Source: Candidatus Cloacimonadales bacterium
Lineage (GTDB): Bacteria; Cloacimonadota; Cloacimonadia; Cloacimonadales; JAFGVF01
Assembly (NCBI GenBank): GCA_963663475.2
Contig: CAXXJV010000001.1
Span: 480,001-544,000 of the forward strand
Reading direction: 5' to 3'
Length of the DNA: 64,000 nucleotides
Shown here: one piece after another, positions 39,303 through 48,556 of the stretch
Numbering within the stretch: position 1 is the stretch's first letter
How the letters are laid out: every line of letters starts with the position of its first letter
Position numbers and translations under genes: made by a program
The notes under the pieces: generated by a model
Database searches by the model: none
Told to the model about the DNA's origin: nothing
Seen by the model: the letters and a program-made list of their open reading frames with translations, nothing else

Positions 39303-40157
39303 ATGAACACTAGAAAAATTAAAGAACAAGTAGGAGTTGGTTTTCTAAGACTTGGTGTCTTACTAACTGCTATTTTCCTAATTTCTTTTCTCTACATCAT
39401 TTTCTCTAAGGGTGGAGGAGTTTTAAGTTGGACTTTTTTAACTGATATTCCTAGAGAAGCAATGACCAGAGGTGGTATCTTCCCTGCCTTAATCGGTACA
39501 TTATACTTAACTCTTCTCTCTATTGCTATAGCTCTTCCATTAGGAGTTTTAACTGCTATTTATATGGTTCACTTAGCTAAGCCTTATTGGTTAATGAGAA
39601 TAGTTAGAATTGCGGTAAATACCCTTGCAGGTGTTCCATCAATAATCTATGGATTGTTTGGACTTACCCTCTTTGTAAGAATTATGAAATTAGAAGTTTC
39701 TCTCATTTCTGGAGCTCTTACTCTAGCAATCCTAGCCCTTCCTGTGATTATTAATGCCAGTGAAGAAGCAATTAGAAGTGTTCCAAGATCTTTTAGAGAA
39801 GGTTCTTTAGCTCTGGGTGCTACAGAAAGACAAACTATCATGAGAGTCATTGTTCCAACCGCTTTACCTAATATTTTAACTGGAGCAATTATTAGTATTG
39901 GTAGAGTTGCAGGTGAAACTGCTCCTATTATGTTTACTGCTGCGACCTTCTACTCTAGAATGCTTCCTACATCCCTTAAACATGAGGTTATGGCTCTCCC
40001 CTATCACATTTATGCCTTGATGACAGAAGGAGCTAAACCTGAACAACAAGTACCAATTGCTTATGGTACTGCTGTAGTTCTCTTAATATTAGTATTACTA
40101 GTTTCCACTAGTGCAATAATTATTAGATACAAAATAAGGAAAACAAGAAAATGGTAA
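39303..40157 (+). CDS. pstA: Phosphate ABC transporter permease PstA
   Basis: [31 protein letters not shown]. Confidence 0.95.
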   Translation: MNTRKIKEQVGVGFLRLGVLLTAIFLISFLYIIFSKGGGVLSWTFLTDIPREAMTRGGIFPALIGTLYLTLLSIAIALPLGVLTAIYMVHLAKPYWLMRIVRIAVNTLAGVPSIIYGLFGLTLFVRIMKLEVSLISGALTLAILALPVIINASEEAIRSVPRSFREGSLALGATERQTIMRVIVPTALPNILTGAIISIGRVAGETAPIMFTAATFYSRMLPTSLKHEVMALPYHIYALMTEGAKPEQQVPIAYGTAVVLLILVLLVSTSAIIIRYKIRKTRKW

Positions 40158-40909
40158 AAGAAATAATAAAAACAGAGAATTTGAAGTTATGGTTTAACGA
40201 TAACTACGTATTACATGATTTAGATTTTACAGTTCATGAAAAGAAGATTACAGCTTTAATTGGCCCTTCAGGTTGTGGGAAATCAACACTCTTAAGATCA
40301 TTTAACAGAATGAATGATTTAATACCTGAATGTAAAATTGAAGGCAAAATCCTTCTCGAAGGTAAAGATATTTATGATTCTAAAGCCGATGTAACTGAAG
40401 TCAGAACCCAAATTGGAATGGTTTTTCAAAGACCAAACCCCTTTCCTAAAAGTATCTATAATAATGTTGCTTATGGACTTCAAATTAGAGGGGAAAAAAG
40501 AAAATCTGTCTTAGACCAGGTAGTTGAGAAAAGTCTTAGAGATGCTTGGATTTGGGATGAAGTTAAAGATAGATTACATAGTTCAGCTTTATCTCTTTCC
40601 GGGGGACAGCAACAACGTCTATGTATTGCTAGGGCATTGGCTAATCAACCTAAAGTTCTCTTACTTGATGAACCTACTTCTGCCCTAGATCCAAAATCAA
40701 CTGCAAAAATAGAAGAATTATGTATTGACTTAAAAGATAAAGTAACTATATTGATAGTAACTCATAATATTGCCCAAGCAGGTAGAATATCAGACTATAC
40801 TACTTTCATGTATCTAGGGGATATTATAGAATTTGGCGAAACAAAAAGAGTATTTACAGTTCCTCAAGATAAAAGAACTGAAGACTATTTAACAGGCGTA
40901 TTTGGTTAA
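40151..40909 (+). CDS. pstB: Phosphate ABC transporter ATPase PstB
   Basis: [47 protein letters not shown]. Confidence 0.97.
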   Translation: MVKEIIKTENLKLWFNDNYVLHDLDFTVHEKKITALIGPSGCGKSTLLRSFNRMNDLIPECKIEGKILLEGKDIYDSKADVTEVRTQIGMVFQRPNPFPKSIYNNVAYGLQIRGEKRKSVLDQVVEKSLRDAWIWDEVKDRLHSSALSLSGGQQQRLCIARALANQPKVLLLDEPTSALDPKSTAKIEELCIDLKDKVTILIVTHNIAQAGRISDYTTFMYLGDIIEFGETKRVFTVPQDKRTEDYLTGVFG

Positions 40910-40931
40910 TATAACCATAAGGAGAAAGATA

Positions 40932-41585
40932 ATGTTAACACCAAAAATTATTGATTTAAAAAAAAGCTTAATGGACATGGCTGGATATGTTCAAAAAATG
41001 ATAGAATTATGTATTACTTCCATGGAAGATATGAACATTCTCATTCTTGATGATGTTGCGTATTACGAGAATAAAGTTAATAGACTAGAACTTGAAATTG
41101 ATGATAGATGTGCAGCTTTAATAGCACTCTATCAACCAGAGGCCAAAGACTTACGTTACATATTGATGATAATCAAAATGAACAATGATTTTGAACGTTT
41201 AGGTGATTTAGCTTATAAAATTGCAGACAGCCTAAAGGCAATGAAAGATGATTCCTTAATCTTTAGCATGCAAGAACTCTATGAAATGGCTAAGAAATCT
41301 TATTCTATGCTCAAAGATAGTATAATGGCCTTCACAGATGAAGATGTTGCGACATCGAAAAGCATTGGTGGTCGTGATAATGAAGTTGATGAATTATACG
41401 AAGATCTCTATAGTCATATCAAGAATATACTTAAAGATACTTCTAATAATATTGAACCTAGCTTACATATTTTAAGAATTGCTTCTAAGTTCGAAAGAAT
41501 AGCAGATTTAGCAACTAATATCGGAGAAAGTACTATTTATTTAGTAGAAGGAAGAGTAATTAAGCACCATAATCAGGAGAATTAA
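40932..41585 (+). CDS. phoU: Phosphate signalling protein PhoU (start 40932 behind AGGAG)
   Basis: YQPEAKDLR; FERLGDLA; FERIADLATNIGE. Confidence 0.94.
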   Translation: MLTPKIIDLKKSLMDMAGYVQKMIELCITSMEDMNILILDDVAYYENKVNRLELEIDDRCAALIALYQPEAKDLRYILMIIKMNNDFERLGDLAYKIADSLKAMKDDSLIFSMQELYEMAKKSYSMLKDSIMAFTDEDVATSKSIGGRDNEVDELYEDLYSHIKNILKDTSNNIEPSLHILRIASKFERIADLATNIGESTIYLVEGRVIKHHNQEN

Positions 41586-42274
41586 TGGAAAATAAAAAAA
41601 CACTATTTGTAGTAGATGATGAACATGATATTTTAGAATTGTTAGAACTGCAATTAACAAAGGCAAGCTTCAATGTTAAGACCTTTGATAACGGTAATGA
41701 TTTCCTAGAAGAACTTAAGAGTCAAGCTCCTGATTTAGTGATTTTAGATCTTATGTTACCTGACATAGAAGGAACAGAAATCTGTAAAACTCTGCGTAAA
41801 TCAGAAAAATATAAAAGTCTTCCAATAATAATGCTGACTGCTAAAGGCGAAGAAGTTGATAAAATTCTTGGCCTAGAATTAGGAGCAGATGACTATATAG
41901 CCAAGCCATTTTCTCCTCGTGAATTAGTTGCCAGAATTAAGGCAGTGCTACGTAGATCAGAAATTAGCAAGAGCAACTCTGATTTTCTCACTATTGGTGA
42001 TATTTTACATATAGATAAAAGAAAATTTGAAGTTAAAATAAAGGGAGAGAAAGTATATCTTACAACTACAGAATTTAAGATTCTAGAATTACTAGCTTCT
42101 CATCCCAGCTGGGTTTTTTCTAGAGAACAAATCTTAAACCACCTGTGGGGAAATGATAAGATTGTTTTGGATAGGACAATAGATGTTCATATCAGAAATC
42201 TTCGTTCTAAAATTGGGCCAGTTGGAGATTATATTAAGAATATTCGCAGTGTAGGATATAAATTCGAGGTTTAA
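41585..42274 (+). CDS. phoB: OmpR-family response regulator PhoB
   Basis: LDLMLP; GADDYIAKPFS; RTIDVHIRNLR; operon context. Confidence 0.88.
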   Translation: MENKKTLFVVDDEHDILELLELQLTKASFNVKTFDNGNDFLEELKSQAPDLVILDLMLPDIEGTEICKTLRKSEKYKSLPIIMLTAKGEEVDKILGLELGADDYIAKPFSPRELVARIKAVLRRSEISKSNSDFLTIGDILHIDKRKFEVKIKGEKVYLTTTEFKILELLASHPSWVFSREQILNHLWGNDKIVLDRTIDVHIRNLRSKIGPVGDYIKNIRSVGYKFEV

Positions 42275-42280
42275 AGTTTA

Positions 42281-44035
42281 ATGTTTAAAAGTAATTCTAT
42301 ATTTAGTCGGATTTTAATTAGCTATATCTTAATATTCCTAGTTCTCATATCTCTAATCTACTTTATCTCATTTAGATTAGTAAAAGAACAGCATCTAGCA
42401 CGTCTTGAGGAAAGCTTAGTGCAACAGGCTAAATCTACCTTCCAGCTAATTGAGTATGATTTAGAAGGAGATAACTACTCTGCCTTGCAGGAACGAGTTC
42501 AACAGATTTCAGAGACTATCCAAGCTAGGATAACAATCATTGATATCAAGGGTAAAGTAGTCTTAGAATCTGATGCGGATCCTCAAGAAATGGAAAATCA
42601 TAAGGAACGGTATGAGTTGAGAAAAGCACTTAATGGGGAGATTGCCTCTGCTATCCGTTACTCTGCTACCATTCATGAAGAAATGCTATATGTAGCAGTA
42701 CCTATCATTGAAAATAATAGAATTACTTATGTATCCCGCCTTAGCATACCTATAACAGAGATTAGCCTGCTTCTACATGATTTTAGAAAGGGTATTCAAC
42801 AAGCCTCGATTATTCTTTTCTTGTTTGCCCTAATCGTGGCCTATTTCTATACAAAACAATTAACAAAACCTATCTTGAAATTAAAAGAAATTTGCTATGA
42901 TATTAGCCAAGGAAACTTAAACCGAAAGGTTGAAATTAAAAGTACTGACGAGCTAGAAGATTTTAGTAAAAGCTTTAATCTCATGGCTGAAAAATTAGCC
43001 ACTACAATTTCTGAACTAGAAAACAAAAGTTTCACTCTTGAGAATATCATCAATTCCATTAATGAAGTTCTTTGGGTACAAGATTTTGAGGGAAGACTAG
43101 TCTTATCAAATTCCAGCTTTCAAAAACTAATCAAAGCCAAAAACTATTGTAATAAATATTATTGGGAACTTATTCATGATCCAGAAGTTAAAGCCATAAT
43201 ATCCAAGATTACACCTCAATCTTCAGATATAACTACCGAAATAAAGCTTCTTGATAAATGGTTTATTCTTTCCAGCTCTAAAATAGATGATAAGCAAGTA
43301 ATTTTTGTCTTGCATAATATCTCAGAATTAAAAGAAACTCAGCAATTAAAGAGAGATTTCATTGTTAATGCTAGTCATGAACTTAGAACTCCTTTAACTG
43401 CCATAAAGGGCTTTGTAGAACACCTTATTGAAGATGCAAACCCTACTCAACTTAAATATCTTAATATTATTGATAGAAATTCAGAAAGACTAATCTATTT
43501 GATTAATGATATTCAAGCTTTAGCAAAACTTGAACAAGGTCCTCAACTTATTGTTTCCAAAATTAAGCTTGGCCATTTCTTAGACAAAACTAAGAGTATT
43601 TTTGAAGATAAACTCAAAAAAAATAATCTCAGCTTAGATTTATCTATTCCTGAAGACCTACCAGACTTAGAAGTTGATAAATTCAAAATAGAACAAGTCT
43701 TTGTTAATCTTATAGATAATGCTATTAGATATACTTCTCAAGGAAGAATAGTCATAAGTGCTAGAATTCATGAAGAAAAAATGCTAATTTCTGTAAAAGA
43801 CAGTGGAGAAGGAATACCTAAACAACATTTGAGTAGAATATTTGAAAGATTCTATGTTGCTGATAAATCTAGAAATAGAAAAAATGGAGGAACAGGATTA
43901 GGATTAGCTATAGTAAAACATATTATTAATCTCCACATGGGTAGTATTTATGTAAAATCTGAACTCAACAAAGGTTCAGAATTTATTATTGAACTACCAC
44001 TAAAACAGGATTCTGCTTATGAAAGAGATAAGTGA
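42281..44035 (+). CDS. phoR: Sensor histidine kinase PhoR (TM-HAMP-PAS-HisKA-HATPase)
   Basis: MENHKER; NASHELRTPLT; NLIDNAIRY; RIFERFY; GGTGLGLAIVKH. Confidence 0.9.
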   Translation: MFKSNSIFSRILISYILIFLVLISLIYFISFRLVKEQHLARLEESLVQQAKSTFQLIEYDLEGDNYSALQERVQQISETIQARITIIDIKGKVVLESDADPQEMENHKERYELRKALNGEIASAIRYSATIHEEMLYVAVPIIENNRITYVSRLSIPITEISLLLHDFRKGIQQASIILFLFALIVAYFYTKQLTKPILKLKEICYDISQGNLNRKVEIKSTDELEDFSKSFNLMAEKLATTISELENKSFTLENIINSINEVLWVQDFEGRLVLSNSSFQKLIKAKNYCNKYYWELIHDPEVKAIISKITPQSSDITTEIKLLDKWFILSSSKIDDKQVIFVLHNISELKETQQLKRDFIVNASHELRTPLTAIKGFVEHLIEDANPTQLKYLNIIDRNSERLIYLINDIQALAKLEQGPQLIVSKIKLGHFLDKTKSIFEDKLKKNNLSLDLSIPEDLPDLEVDKFKIEQVFVNLIDNAIRYTSQGRIVISARIHEEKMLISVKDSGEGIPKQHLSRIFERFYVADKSRNRKNGGTGLGLAIVKHIINLHMGSIYVKSELNKGSEFIIELPLKQDSAYERDK

Positions 44036-44516
44036 TCAAAGCTATGACCAAAAGATAGCTGAACTCTTTCCCTTAGTAAAATCAATTGCAGCTAAGTACT
44101 CTTCTTATCAGCATCCTTTAGAAGATCTTATTCAAGAAGGTATGATTGGAGTAATCAAAGCAGTTGATAATTATGACCAAGATAAAGAAACTAAATTCTC
44201 TACCTACGCTGTCTATTGGATAAAAAAATATATCTTAGACTACTTAGCCAGGGATGCTAACTACTCTCACTATGAATATCAAGAAAATCTCCATGATGTA
44301 AATATTGAAGATTTAGAAACAACTGAAAACAATATCTCTATTGAATTTCCCCAAGACTTTCCTCAACTAGAAAAACAAGTTATTATCCAACTTTACCAAC
44401 ATGAATTTACCCTCTCTGAAGTTGCTAAACAACTAAATCTACCAAGAGAAAGAGTTAGACAACTTAGAGAAAAAGCCCTTAGAAGATTGAAAGCTAATGG
44501 TTTTATTTTAGATTAA
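44019..44516 (+). CDS. Miniature sigma70-family factor (regions 2 and 4 only)
   Basis: EDLIQEGMIGVIKAVDNYD...KFSTYAVYWIK; TLSEVAKQLNLPRERVRQLREKALRRLK; overlaps phoR by 17 nt. Confidence 0.85.
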   Translation: MKEISDQSYDQKIAELFPLVKSIAAKYSSYQHPLEDLIQEGMIGVIKAVDNYDQDKETKFSTYAVYWIKKYILDYLARDANYSHYEYQENLHDVNIEDLETTENNISIEFPQDFPQLEKQVIIQLYQHEFTLSEVAKQLNLPRERVRQLREKALRRLKANGFILD

Positions 44517-44595
44517 TTATTTTGGAATTTGTTGATTAGGATTGTTTTACTTGTTTGCTTGAATTATATTTAGCTTAACAAGAATTTTTTCTGCT

Positions 44596-44631
44596 AAAAA
44601 GGGGAGAAAGAGTCTGCATGCAGACTCTCTC
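44596..44631 (-). terminator. Palindrome, probable terminator for minus-strand transcripts
   Basis: Perfect 20-bp palindrome AGAGTCTGCATGCAGACTCT (44609-44628); pyrimidine tract follows on the minus strand. Confidence 0.5.
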
Positions 44632-44759
44632 AGAGGTACTTGAGTATTCGTACATTTAGACTTTAGCCAAACCAAACTGAAGAAATTAACCTAACAGACC
44701 CTATATGGGAGAATATTTCAGACAAGCTATTTGTCTTTTCAAAAGAGTTAAATATTTAT

Positions 44760-44843
44760 TTATTTAATATCAAATAAGTAATACCACACACTCTTCTTTT
44801 TTAAACATATAATACTAATACTAATGAAATTACTTTCTTGCAT
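44760..44843 (-). CDS. Possible 27-aa peptide MQESNFISISIICLKKKSVWYYLFDIK
   Basis: TAAGGAGG 9 nt upstream of the ATG; below the ORF-track cutoff. Confidence 0.25.
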   Translation of the reverse strand: MQESNFISISIICLKKKSVWYYLFDIK

Positions 44844-44940
44844 GGAAATAAGCCTCCTTATAGTAGCAAGACTTCCTGCTGTCATCATATATCCCCTATC
44901 ATGATAATAGGGTTGATTGGAGTCTTTTTTTAGCCTTTTA

Positions 44941-45294
44941 TCAACTATTCACCACCGATAGTAGATTATAGACATCATAAGGTTTGTTAACTACAATTCC
45001 ACCTTGGCTATAGACTTTCGTCATAATATCTTCATCTGTTATGGCTTGAATTACTACACTTTTCTGTAAATAACTATTAGCCTCCAGATAAGAGCAAAAT
45101 ATTCTATTCTCTTTTATCCTATAATCATAATCTATAATGATCTTAAAATAATCATTCTGAGCAAAGAGAAGTGTACATTCACTTAGACTTTGTGGGGAAT
45201 CTACCTCATATCCAGCTTCTTTAAAGATAACTGTCAGTAGATACCTATGATCATCATTTGATGTTGCAATTAAGATTTTTTTATTCATATTCAT
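44941..45294 (-). CDS. Stand-alone atypical receiver-domain protein
   Basis: KKILIA...EAGYEV...IIIDY...NKPYD receiver pattern; first acidic pair replaced by TS. Confidence 0.65.
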   Translation of the reverse strand: MNMNKKILIATSNDDHRYLLTVIFKEAGYEVDSPQSLSECTLLFAQNDYFKIIIDYDYRIKENRIFCSYLEANSYLQKSVVIQAITDEDIMTKVYSQGGIVVNKPYDVYNLLSVVNS

Positions 45295-45570
45295 GCTTAT
45301 CTATATTACATTACTTGTTCCACTTTTAATAATCTTCAATATTTATTGTGTATTTACCTATATATCAGCTATTTAGAAATCTCTCATGAAATTTATTTTT
45401 AGACTAGAATCTTAAGAGTGTTACCCTAAAGAAACACATTTTTACCTCTCTAAGTAACAGTGTAACAAAAAAGCTAGTCCAAAGTCTTCAGTTAATCCCA
45501 GCAAATAATCATAGACAAAATTACCCCTATTTTCTAATTTGCATCAAAAGAGAATATCAAGAGGGAGATA

Positions 45571-46494
45571 ATGAAAATATTATTAGATAATGAATTAGCA
45601 ATACAGCAACTACCAGAATCAAAAGCAACTTTCTATTTTACAGATGGAAAGAATGTTATTTTTGCAGGATTAACTAGCAATTTATTCACTAGAATCAATA
45701 AATTGTCTGAACAAAGAAACTCAAATGACAAGTTGAAGGAAATGTGGTCTAAGGCTGTTGATTTGATTTTTGATTTAAGATTAAGTGACATAGACAGCTT
45801 GGTCTGGTATAAGAGCCTGGTTCGCTCATTTACCCCCTACTACAACGATTACATCAATTTATGGGAATCTTATAGCTATTTAGCAATAGACCTTTCTACA
45901 CCCCCTTATTTGAGCATTAAAGATAATACCCAGTCTGATAAATTTTATATTGGTCCTTTCAGATCTAGATTCTTCATTAGCGATGTATTCTCAATTTTTA
46001 ATAAATACTTAAAACTTCCAATCTGCCCTGACAACCCAGATGCTTGTGAATTAAAAGATAGTGAAGCCTGTATTTCAACCTGTACTAAAGATAATCTTCC
46101 TGTCCTTAAAAATCTGATTCATAAATATTACCTGTCTGCTAACAACGATTTTGCCGACAGATTACTTCAGAAATATCAAGATTTTCATAATGACCTAGAA
46201 TTTTTAAAAGCTGAAGAAGTTAAGATTGAGACTAAAATAATCTTAAAATACTATAAGTTCCTTAATTTCTTAAATAAAACTAAAGATTTAAATTCATCCT
46301 TTGAATATGATAATAGAGTTTACTTTATTGAAGATGGACTTCTAGCTGAAGTATCTGGCCAAGATAGTATAGATTTTCGTTCTCTCAACAGACGTATTCC
46401 TTATAGAGAAAATGAAATGTTAGCTGTTAACAAGAATCAGTTGGATGAAAGATGGATTGTCTTTAACTTTTTAGAGGAAGTTAAATCCAAATAG
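45571..46494 (+). CDS. Degenerate UvrC/Cho-like protein (GIY-YIG-like domain, Cys cluster, UVR-like segment)
   Basis: LPESKATFYF...VIFAG...NLFTRI; PYYN; YIGPF; CPDNPDAC-x7-CISTC; LEFLKAEEVK. Confidence 0.65.
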   Translation: MKILLDNELAIQQLPESKATFYFTDGKNVIFAGLTSNLFTRINKLSEQRNSNDKLKEMWSKAVDLIFDLRLSDIDSLVWYKSLVRSFTPYYNDYINLWESYSYLAIDLSTPPYLSIKDNTQSDKFYIGPFRSRFFISDVFSIFNKYLKLPICPDNPDACELKDSEACISTCTKDNLPVLKNLIHKYYLSANNDFADRLLQKYQDFHNDLEFLKAEEVKIETKIILKYYKFLNFLNKTKDLNSSFEYDNRVYFIEDGLLAEVSGQDSIDFRSLNRRIPYRENEMLAVNKNQLDERWIVFNFLEEVKSK

Positions 46495-46540
46495 TGCATT
46501 TGAAATTGCTGAAGAGTGCTACTACACTATCTGGGGTTAA
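46481..46540 (+). mobile_element. 60-bp mini version of the MITE-like element (ends only); supplies the stop codon of the UvrC-like gene
   Basis: TTAAATCCAAATAGTGCATTTGAA (compare 23703) ... TACTACACTATCTGGGGTTAA. Confidence 0.55.
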
Positions 46541-46544
46541 CAAT

Positions 46545-47205
46545 ATCCCTGTAAGAGAATAAATAGTTTAGCCCTGGGTAAATTCCTAAAGGGATTGCAA
46601 GTCTGGGTTATGATGCATATAAAAACCCTGTAAGGTTTTAAATTATGGACTTATGGCATCCTTGCCATAAGAAAAATGTGGAAGCAAGGATGCTTCCACT
46701 CCATATAAAATCAGCAAGTTACTTATGATAATAACGTGTTAGAATTATATTAAACCCTTACAGGGTAATATCTTTGGGCTAGCCATCATTACCCAGGGTT
46801 GCGATACTTTCAGCATCTTACCCTAGGCTAAATTATTTTATCCCTTTCAGGGATTTTTGATGAATCATTATAGTAATGAAATATTCTCATTTTCCTATAT
46901 TATTCCCACCAGACTTGAACTTGAGCAGATTATTATTGAGTTTTTTACACCAGAAATCCCTTACCTACGCTCGAGGAAATCTGGTCTTATCAATACCCTT
47001 ATCATCCTTATTCCTTCCTTTACAGTCTTTCGATGAAAGTCCCAGTTTCATCGAAAGACTGTAAAGGAAGGAATAAGGATGAATAGAGGAGAATATAGTT
47101 TTTCTCAGTAATTTTTGTGAAATAAAATAATACTATTGTCAAGGATCTACTGCATTATTTGGGTTTAAGTCCGAGGTCCTTTACCTAGGTTGAGGAACTC
47201 CAGTC
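46545..47205. repeat. Mosaic of REP-like palindromic repeats (island 2)
   Basis: 46747-46926 is a near-identical inverted copy of 35704-35888; central GGCATCCTTGCC...GCAAGGATGC palindrome; GAC-x-GGAGTTCCTC-type units at 46950-46986 and 47171-47205; MITE right end at 47140-47168. Confidence 0.85.
47002..47082. repeat. Perfect 37-bp inverted repeat with 7-nt loop (copy 2)
   Basis: TCATCCTTATTCCTTCCTTTACAGTCTTTCGATGAAA-GTCCCAG-exact reverse complement. Confidence 0.95.
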
Positions 47206-47233
47206 TACTCGAATCCTATCAATCTTTTTAGCT

Positions 47234-47268
47234 AAAATAAAAGGGTGAGATTAATCTCACCCTTCTTT
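47234..47268 (-). terminator. Terminator of the pilus operon
   Basis: Palindrome AAGGGTGAGATTAATCTCACCCTT with T-rich tail on the minus strand, just after the pilC stop. Confidence 0.75.
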
Positions 47269-47286
47269 ATATTATAAATAATCTTA

Positions 47287-48539
47287 TTATTTAAGACCTT
47301 CAGACATAGCTTCACCAAGGTTAAAGATTGGTAAGTAGATCACAACAATAATTGAACCTACCACACCAGCCATAAGAATAATCAACATTGGCTCGATGAG
47401 TGAAGTTAATTTTTCAATAACTGAATCAATGATTTTATCATAGAATTCAGCAGTTTTACTTAAGAGTTTATCTAAGTCTCCAGTTTCTTCACCAGTAGAA
47501 ATCATTTGGAGAAGAGTAGAAGGGAATACGTTAGTTGATCTGAAAGCCTGGGCAATACCATAACCTTCTTTAATCATAACACGAGAGCGTCTAACAGCTC
47601 CTTCGATAACAGCATTTCCAACCACATTTTCAACCAACTCTAAAGTATCCATAATCGGAACACCAGCTTTCATAAGAATAGAGAATGTTCTTGAGAATTT
47701 ACTCATAACAGAGGATTCTACAAGACTTCCCACAACTGGTATTTTGAGTTTAATCTTATCAATTATCCATCTTCCTTTATCAGTTAAATTGACAACAAAG
47801 AAGAAAAGTCCACAGCAATCAAAATACCAACAGTAGCTAAAAGATTACCTTTAATAACGTTACTAATAGAGATAGCAACTCTTGTAGCTATAGGTAGCTC
47901 AGCGCCAAAGTTAGCATAAATATCACTAAACTTTGGAATGATATAGTAGAAAAGGAACCAAACAACGAAAATTAAGAAGATTAAGATGAAGACAGGATAA
48001 GTCATGGCTGAATTAACCTTTCTTCTTGTATCTTCAGTTCTTTCTAAGTTTTCGGCCAATTCATCCAATACAGTGTGCAAGGTACCTGATACCTCACCAG
48101 CTTTAACTAGTGATACGTATAGAGGGTTAAATACACCAGGATGTTGTTCGAAAGCTTCAGATAAAGAATAACCCTTACGGATATCATCATCGATTTTCTT
48201 TAATACTTTTTTGAACTTTGGATCTTTCTCTTCTCTTCCGAGGTCAGATATTGCTTTTTCAATAGTAAGACCAGCCGAAAACATTGTAGATAACTGACGA
48301 GTGAAGAAAACTAAGGTTTTTAGCTTAACAGCAGTTCTCATCTTATAGATAGCTAACATTATCTTATCAAAGAGAGATAGTTTCCCCTTAAAAGATCCAT
48401 CATTAGCATTTCTAACTGAGATGATAGTACCACCATCAGTAGCTAATTTATCAATAGCTTCATCCATTGTGTTAGCCTTGATAATACCTTCTTTTCTAGC
48501 ACCTTTCGCATCTTTTATTGTATACGAGAAATTAGCCAT
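47287..48539 (-). pseudogene. pilC: Type IV pilus platform protein PilC (GspF family; 417 aa if joined), split by a 1-nt deletion near 47811
   Basis: FFTRQLSTM, AGEVSG and SAMTYP in the 5' part; shifted frame reads GLFFFVVNLTDKGRWIIDKIKLKIPVVG into TGEETG...LIEP...YLPIF. Confidence 0.88.
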
Positions 48540-48556
48540 ATTATACCTTTATTTTT

